DNA from: Alphaproteobacteria bacterium
GTDB lineage: Bacteria > Pseudomonadota > Alphaproteobacteria > SMXP01
Length of the DNA stretch: 64,000 nucleotides
Assembly (NCBI GenBank): GCA_965248815.1
Contig: CBDFKK010000008.1
Span: forward strand, 1,493,720 to 1,557,719
Direction: 5' to 3'
Of this stretch, positions 58,347-64,000 are shown piece after piece; the stretch's first letter is position 1; each line of letters begins with the position of its first letter. The notes under the pieces are model-generated. The model was not told where the DNA came from. It ran no database searches and saw nothing but the letters and a program-made list of their open reading frames with translations. A program made the position numbers and the translations under genes.

Positions 58347-59660
58347 TTATCGTTCTCCGGCAACAGCTGGTGCCACCTCTCCGGGCGCCCGCGTAAACTT
58401 GTCGCGGTACTGGTCATAGGGACCCAGAAAGAGAAACATGATCGCCGCGACGAATGAAAAGGCAATCAAGACGGGCAGGAAGCTATCGTAGCTGCCGGTC
58501 GCTTCATAACTCCAGCCGAGCGCAAGGGGTCCAAAGCTTGTGCCCGCCAAAAAGCCAATAAAGATCAGCGCGTAAATTGTCGCAAACGCCCGCAGCCCAA
58601 AATATCGGCCGACCAGAAAGGCGATCAAATCGAACTCAGCGCCGATGCCGACGCCAAGCAAAATGGATCCCATAATAACCAGCCATCCAATTCCCCCGTA
58701 GGCGATTAAGGCAAAGCCGATGGCGGACAATAAGAACGTCACCGTGCCGACGATCGGCGCGAAGACTTCATCAAGCAAAATGCCGACAGCGACACGCGCT
58801 ACCGCCATAGAAATACCAAAGGCAAAAGTGGCCCAGGCTGCATCCCCCGCACTGAGTCCGCGATCCACCAACAACGGCGGCAAGTGGGGCAATAATCCCC
58901 AAAGCCCAAAGGTCACCAGGCCGATAGATACGAGCATCAGCCAGAACGTCTTAGTTTTCATCGCATCAACAACCGAAAGGCCTTCAAAGTTCGGGCTGAT
59001 CAATGACGTTTGGTCAGCTGTCGCGTTCTCGCCGTCTGTTTTGAGTCCGACATCGGCGGGGTCGTTGCGCATGAGCAGCCCCACTGCTGGAACCAACACA
59101 ATTAAAAATACAAGTCCTAAGAAGATAAAGCCCACTCGCCAATCGAAAATATTGATGATTTGAGCGGTCCAGGACGGAAAGATCGCAACACCTAGTCCCG
59201 TGGCACCGGACACAATACCGATCACGAGGCCGCGGCGGCGGTCAAACCACGCTGTTATCGTGCGCGTGAAGCTGATGGAGTTTGTGGCAATGCCTCCGAC
59301 GGAAACAAGAAACAAGCCAAGGACGAGTTGCCAAAGTTCATTTACGAAAAGACCGAGTGCGCACAAAAACAATCCTGCGAGCACAAGCGAGGGAATGAGG
59401 ACCCGGCGCACGCCGAAACGATCAATCAAGAGACCGCATGGAGGATTGGCGGCCGCATTGGCCAAACTATAGATCGTAAGGCCGAATGCCATATCTTGGC
59501 GGCTCCAGCCGAATTCGGCTTCAAGCTCGATCATGAAAAGGCCGAACACGGCATAGATGAGAGGACCAATCGTGGCGAACATGCCTAGGGCACAGGCAAG
59601 TACGACAGGCCAGCCAAAGATCGGTCCAGAGTACCAAGATCGCGGCGGCGCCCAAGTCAA
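58347..59660 (-). CDS. MFS transporter
   Basis: 437 aa with 12 predicted TM helices. An MFS signature-like GLLIDRFGVRRV loop sits between TM2 and TM3. Confidence 0.8.
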   Translation of the reverse strand: MTWAPPRSWYSGPIFGWPVVLACALGMFATIGPLIYAVFGLFMIELEAEFGWSRQDMAFGLTIYSLANAAANPPCGLLIDRFGVRRVLIPSLVLAGLFLCALGLFVNELWQLVLGLFLVSVGGIATNSISFTRTITAWFDRRRGLVIGIVSGATGLGVAIFPSWTAQIINIFDWRVGFIFLGLVFLIVLVPAVGLLMRNDPADVGLKTDGENATADQTSLISPNFEGLSVVDAMKTKTFWLMLVSIGLVTFGLWGLLPHLPPLLVDRGLSAGDAAWATFAFGISMAVARVAVGILLDEVFAPIVGTVTFLLSAIGFALIAYGGIGWLVIMGSILLGVGIGAEFDLIAFLVGRYFGLRAFATIYALIFIGFLAGTSFGPLALGWSYEATGSYDSFLPVLIAFSFVAAIMFLFLGPYDQYRDKFTRAPGEVAPAVAGER

Positions 59661-59840
59661 ACTGTAATTTCCCTGTTCGTCATCGGTGAAAGCAGTTTCG
59701 TAAGTTGCGTCACATCGTAACCGCCGCGCACGATCCTATTTCGCCACGCTCCTAATCACGCCACGCATCCTACGCAGTGTACCAGAATCAGGAAAGCCAA
59801 CGAACTGCTGGTATCTCGAATTCAAATTGTCGGTACTTAA

Positions 59841-60338
59841 TCAGCTCACTTCATCTTCAAGCGCTGTGCCGAGCGATTCGGATACGCTTTGGGCGTCATA
59901 GACGTCCGTCCCATCGGGCTTTGGTCCCGAGCCCATGAGAATTTCAAAAGTATGCACGGCTACGCTTGTGGCCCCAAGAGGGATGCCCACGCCGACGCCG
60001 CCGCCCACGCCGCTACGTCCACCAAACGACCCACCTCCACCTCCGATCGATACACTTGACCTAGAACCGCCTTCTTGTGTTGTCACAGAATTGGTCACGC
60101 GAAACCATTCCTGGCCCTGCGACAAGGTTAGTTCGGCAGCCCGCAGCAAAGCAAAATCTCGAGCGGTAGCGGCATCGCCACCACGATAGGTTACGCGATA
60201 GCGATCGCTTTCAATCGCGGAATCGAAGTATCCGACTGATTGGGGGCTTGTTGCCGGTTGGTACGTCGCAGGCGTTGCGCAGGTTGCTAAACCAAGTGCT
60301 ACAGCAAGTGATAAGGCAAGACGATATCCGGACATCAT
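59841..60338 (-). CDS. Gly-rich lipoprotein (lipobox LATC)
   Basis: MMSGYRLALSLAVALGLATC is a signal with lipobox. An internal GGGGGSFGGRSGVGGGVGVG tract is present. Confidence 0.4.
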   Translation of the reverse strand: MMSGYRLALSLAVALGLATCATPATYQPATSPQSVGYFDSAIESDRYRVTYRGGDAATARDFALLRAAELTLSQGQEWFRVTNSVTTQEGGSRSSVSIGGGGGSFGGRSGVGGGVGVGIPLGATSVAVHTFEILMGSGPKPDGTDVYDAQSVSESLGTALEDEVS

Positions 60339-60389
60339 GTAACTCCCCCCCCCAGCAATCAGAGTCAAAACCAAAAATTTTTTTGACGA

Positions 60390-60797
60390 TCAATCCAAAC
60401 CGTAGATTCTGTGTCGCTCCGGCGTTAGCACCCCAAGGCTCGTACCTTCAAAAGAGAGTTCGCGCGCGCGATCTTTCAAACCCTGTTCGCCAAAAGCGCC
60501 GCGCAAGAGATCTTCCCAAAGCTGAACGGCCTTTTCGTCATGGCGAATTTTCATCGTGCCCCATACAATGACGTGGGCAAGAATTCCTGGCTTGCTGATC
60601 GAAACACAGGCCCGGGGATCGCGTTGCATATTTAGCTTTTTCTGTTGACCGGTTAGGCTGAACAGCAAGCCCTCACCATGGACGCCCATCATCATTGGAG
60701 TCACGTGAGGTCCGCCGTCGCGTCCAATCGTAGCTAAGTGCACCCAAGCGTCAGGAGGGTGAAGTTCGTTGATGGCATCTATCAACGCTTGGTCCAT
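60390..60797 (-). CDS. Pyridoxamine 5'-phosphate oxidase-family (PPOX class) FMN/F420-binding protein
   Basis: 135 aa. VHLATIGRDGGPHVTPM is a typical split-barrel PPOX-family motif. Confidence 0.55.
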   Translation of the reverse strand: MDQALIDAINELHPPDAWVHLATIGRDGGPHVTPMMMGVHGEGLLFSLTGQQKKLNMQRDPRACVSISKPGILAHVIVWGTMKIRHDEKAVQLWEDLLRGAFGEQGLKDRARELSFEGTSLGVLTPERHRIYGLD

Positions 60798-60850
60798 TTA
60801 TGGGTGTCCTTTCATGGCGATCATCCTGTGTCTAGAGTGACATGGAAAAG

Positions 60851-62032
60851 TTATGCAGGTTTTGTCGCGACAATGCCGCCGTGGCCCCGGCGCAATGGCT
60901 CGATCGACTCGTCGACAATAAAGCCGACACTTGCAATGAGATCTCCGAAATCACGGCTGTAATGATCCGGCCGCCAGATTTCGTTGTTCCAGCGATGATC
61001 CCACCATAAGGAAAATCTCCTGGCAGCCGTCATCGCAGGCTCCTGTTTACCAGTCGCGAAATCGACGGGCACGAAAATGCCGCCGGGGCGCAATACGCGC
61101 AGTGCTTCTGCCACGATTTGATCAGCGGCCGCAACAGGCACTTCGTGAAACATGATGTAAGACACGATGACATCGAAGTGGTTGTCGGGAAACTTTGTGT
61201 CTTCAGCTAAGCGCTGCGCAAAATGGCATTCAATGTCCATTTCAACCGAGCGCAAATGCGCATACCGGACCATAGGGCCGCCCACATCCACGCCCCACAC
61301 TTCGGCCTTCGGAAATCGCTCCTTCATAGCTTGTGTCAGACGACCGATGCCACAACCCATATCCAAGACGCGATCGATTTGACCGTCAGAAGGCAACGGT
61401 ACTTTGGATGCAATGCTCGTTTGCACCTCGTCTTGATTGTTGCGCCCTTGATAGAACGCATTGACACCATAGTGGTTGATTTGTCCGGCGAACGGATCGC
61501 CGACATAGCCGCCAGGTTGAATGTGTATTTCGTGTTTAGCGTAGTCGGGAATGTCCATCGTCGGATTGAGTTCGAGCGACCCCGGTCCCGTTTCATCGGC
61601 GCCTTCCATTTCGGCGAAATATGCGTCTGCATTGTTATGAAATTCGTCCTGAATCGCCTTCCACGTCAACTGCTGACCGCTAATCCACGTACGCACGCTT
61701 GTTCCAATGACAGGATCTTTCTCAACCAACTTCAAAACTTTTTTCAAAGGAATATCCGTGTCCGGATCAAGGCCTTTATCGGTTAAGATTTTGGCCATTC
61801 GCTCCTGTGCCGCCTGGCGCAGGTCGCCACCGACCCATTTGCGAAAGCCAGTAAAGAAATCTTGGCGGCTTTCCAAATTGAGATTCGGCAGCCGTTCCAA
61901 TCGGCCTTGCGTGCCGCGAGGTTCAATATCGAACGACATGGTCTTGGCCGCCGCCTTTCCACCGTTGAACTTAGACGCCAACAAAGACGTTGCTGCCGCC
62001 GTAGCGCCAAACAATGTTCGACGATTCAACAT
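60851..62032 (-). CDS. Class I SAM-dependent methyltransferase with an N-terminal Tat-like signal (or a shorter cytoplasmic form starting at 61939)
   Basis: VLDMGCGIGRLTQAM is motif I. The N-terminus is MLNRRTLFGATAAATSLLAS. Confidence 0.6.
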   Translation of the reverse strand: MLNRRTLFGATAAATSLLASKFNGGKAAAKTMSFDIEPRGTQGRLERLPNLNLESRQDFFTGFRKWVGGDLRQAAQERMAKILTDKGLDPDTDIPLKKVLKLVEKDPVIGTSVRTWISGQQLTWKAIQDEFHNNADAYFAEMEGADETGPGSLELNPTMDIPDYAKHEIHIQPGGYVGDPFAGQINHYGVNAFYQGRNNQDEVQTSIASKVPLPSDGQIDRVLDMGCGIGRLTQAMKERFPKAEVWGVDVGGPMVRYAHLRSVEMDIECHFAQRLAEDTKFPDNHFDVIVSYIMFHEVPVAAADQIVAEALRVLRPGGIFVPVDFATGKQEPAMTAARRFSLWWDHRWNNEIWRPDHYSRDFGDLIASVGFIVDESIEPLRRGHGGIVATKPA

Positions 62033-62169
62033 GCCTTGCCCCTTTCCTCAATTGCTGGATTCTATGCAAGTATAGTCAATGAATGAGCGTTAAGATAGCT
62101 TTGGCGGATCCACATCAAATTTGAAGCGAATGTAGGCTTCCCCACAGCTGCCGGCATCGCCGCCCGTTG

Positions 62170-62931
62170 TCAATTGTAAACGCCGACGATCGTACCAATG
62201 TAAGTTTCCGACTCGAGCTGACCCAGAATAAACTCAGCGAGATCAGCTCGCGTTAGTTTTCTATTATAGGGATCATACGTTATCGCATTGACGGCTACAT
62301 TGACCGTGCCGGGTGGCGCGCCGCCCACAACGCGCGCTGGGCGGATAATGATGTAATCCAAACCGCTCGCTTCAATAATAATCTCCATCCGTCTCGTGTC
62401 TTCGAATTTGCGCCGCCTGTTCCACATGAGCTTGTCTACCAGCGGCGCAACGTCGGCCGGTTTGGCAACAAATATTTTCTCAACGCCAGTCGTCGATACG
62501 GCTATCAGTCGGCGATTGCCCTTATTCTCCATAGCCTCAATGACGTTTGAAATGCCACGGGAAAATAGATCGATCTCCTCAACGATTTCGTCGTTGATGT
62601 CGCCGCTGGAACAACAGCCCAAATAGAAAATAACTATTTCATCGCCGGTCAACGCCCGCTCAATCGACTCGCGATCGTAGACGTCGCCCTTCAAGACCGT
62701 AAATCGTTCGTGCCTTAGCGAGACTTCCTCAGGCCGGCGTGCAATTCCGATCACCGTGTGGCCCGCTTCGAGCGCTTGCGCAAAAAAGTCCGGAGCTGAT
62801 TTGGCGGTCGCGCCAATTAGGACCACGCGCTGAAATTGGGCCTCCTCCGCCTGCGCAATCGTTACCACCATGACCCCGAGAATACCGGTCAGGAAAACGG
62901 CGCAAACCTTTGCAAAAAATTTAGGGAACAT
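62170..62931 (-). CDS. NAD(P)-binding (NmrA/atypical-SDR-like) protein with signal peptide
   Basis: VVLIGATAKSAPDFFAQALEAGHTVIGIAR is a Rossmann GxxGxxG-like motif. Signal peptide cleavage is near AQA-EE. Confidence 0.55.
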   Translation of the reverse strand: MFPKFFAKVCAVFLTGILGVMVVTIAQAEEAQFQRVVLIGATAKSAPDFFAQALEAGHTVIGIARRPEEVSLRHERFTVLKGDVYDRESIERALTGDEIVIFYLGCCSSGDINDEIVEEIDLFSRGISNVIEAMENKGNRRLIAVSTTGVEKIFVAKPADVAPLVDKLMWNRRRKFEDTRRMEIIIEASGLDYIIIRPARVVGGAPPGTVNVAVNAITYDPYNRKLTRADLAEFILGQLESETYIGTIVGVYN

Positions 62932-62997
62932 AATTGGGTTAGACTAAATAAGTTGCTTTGCTTTCACAAACGAAATCCAGCGATGGGACAATAGCAT

Positions 62998-63537
62998 ATG
63001 CCTAGAATCCAGCCGATCGAAATGGACGAAGCAAGCGGAGACGTCAGACAAACATTACAAGACTTGGAGCGCCAGCTCGGCACGCTTCCCAACGTATTCA
63101 AGATAATGGCGCTGTCGCCGGCGGTACTGTCGGGCTACTTGGCAGCTAGCCAAGCCGTTTCCCGTTCGGGCATTTCTGCGCAGCTCCGAGAAAAGATTGC
63201 CGTTGCCGCCGCTGGCGCGAACGAATGCGATTATTGCGCTTCGGCTCATACGCATGTCGGGAAGCGTCGGGGCATAGAACCCGAGGAACTAGGTCTTAAT
63301 TTGGTGGGCCAATCTAATGACCCCAAAGACGCAGCTGTTCTCAAATTTGTCCAGGCGGTTCTGACTCACAAGGGCGAGCTTACCGACGACGAACTCGACA
63401 GCTTGCGCAAAACCGGGCTCAGCGATCGCGAAGTCGTAGAGCTCATTTTCTATATCGGTCTAACTACGACCGCGAACTACTTGAACAAAATCGCACAGAC
63501 GGAAATCGATTTTCCGCTCGTCTCATCTCTTAGCTAG
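62998..63537 (+). CDS. Carboxymuconolactone decarboxylase / AhpD-like family protein
   Basis: AAGANECDYCASAHT contains the AhpD-core CxxC..H motif. Confidence 0.65.
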   Translation: MPRIQPIEMDEASGDVRQTLQDLERQLGTLPNVFKIMALSPAVLSGYLAASQAVSRSGISAQLREKIAVAAAGANECDYCASAHTHVGKRRGIEPEELGLNLVGQSNDPKDAAVLKFVQAVLTHKGELTDDELDSLRKTGLSDREVVELIFYIGLTTTANYLNKIAQTEIDFPLVSSLS

Positions 63538-63564
63538 GGTGAGACGACTATCAGGAGTGGCAAA

Positions 63565-63753
63565 CTAAGGCCGCGTAGCGCTCATATATTGATAACCGAG
63601 GCTTGCGCGATAGGCCTCAAGATCGTCATAGCGCGCCGCATGCTCGTGTTCCAAATTGACGATTTCTTCTTTTAGCTCACCTCGCTCCAAGATGAGGTCC
63701 TTGATTTCGAGCACAATCTTTGTGCGCTCCTCAAGGGACAAACCCTGAGCCAA
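63565..63753 (-). CDS. Small coiled-coil hypothetical protein
   Basis: 62 aa and charged/helical. The family is uncertain. Confidence 0.2.
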   Translation of the reverse strand: MAQGLSLEERTKIVLEIKDLILERGELKEEIVNLEHEHAARYDDLEAYRASLGYQYMSATRP

Positions 63754-64000
63754 GACCGCTGCTTCCTTAGCTGTGAGATCTTGATTGACGTCATAAAGAT
63801 GACTCTTGCGCGCTTGAAGTGTCGAGTAAGCCGCATTGGTTGACCGCTCCAGGTCTTATAGATGAGATGCCGGCCCTTTTGATATTCCGCAAGAAACTGT
63901 GGTTCAAGATCGGCTGGACACACCCCTGCATAACTACTTCCCCCGGCGCCGAGACTGAAGCCTTTGCCGGGCCTGCAAAACGTGCGTACGCCTTGCTCGT

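Noticed and set aside
1-64000. CRISPR arrays, tRNA and rRNA genes
   Set aside because: There is no periodic repeat-spacer structure; the only repeats are IS copies and two short tandem duplications. I saw no T-loop or anticodon-stem-like cloverleaf candidates and no rRNA-like conserved stretches in the intergenic regions.
63754-64000. Possible partial gene at the right edge of the window
   Set aside because: Both strands have open frames running off the end, but neither shows a recognisable motif or start context. I cannot support a call.

Overview
This 64-kb window comes from a moderately GC-rich (about 55-60%) proteobacterial chromosome. A lone motA, DUF1838, DUF2336-like and CC-type lipoprotein genes suggest an alphaproteobacterium, but I cannot prove that from the sequence alone.

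Both ends carry ordinary housekeeping and catabolic genes. These include a partial MltB-like transglycosylase, MotA, an orphan IorB-like molybdopterin subunit, two UbiD-family decarboxylases, two paralogous FAD monooxygenases, an ALDH7-type AmaB dehydrogenase, a thiamine-diphosphate (ThDP) enzyme, a HisC-like aminotransferase, a fatty-acid desaturase, an LLM oxidoreductase, an enolase-superfamily enzyme and an MFS transporter. A HigB/HigA toxin-antitoxin pair and three DUF1838 paralogs are also present.

The middle of the window, roughly 14.8-40.9 kb, is a lower-GC mosaic accessory stretch. It holds four IS3-family copies, with A_AAA_AAA frameshift heptamers at the orfA/orfB junctions. One is a distinct 1.2-kb element with a 4-bp flanking repeat. 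The other three are copies of a 1.5-kb element: one intact, one truncated at one end, and one diverged relative with a perfect 8-bp target duplication inside a sulfotransferase gene.

This stretch is rich in gene wreckage:
- A flippase-like/methyltransferase fusion frame is broken by two in-frame stops.
- A metallophosphoesterase, a glycosyltransferase family 2 (GT2) gene and an ABC exporter are reduced to fragments at IS junctions.
- A Sel1-repeat gene carries an in-frame TAA.
- A gamma-glutamyltransferase gene is frameshifted in an A7 run.
- A PqqD-family gene is frameshifted by a 25-bp tandem duplication.

The most interesting locus lies at about 32.6-38.4 kb. A truncated ABC exporter, a PF14907-type nucleotidyltransferase, a PqqD/RRE protein, a small upstream ORF and a Stf0-like sulfotransferase together resemble a decayed lasso-peptide-type RiPP cluster. 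Its cyclase and leader peptidase are missing from the window. I found no rRNA, tRNA or CRISPR arrays.
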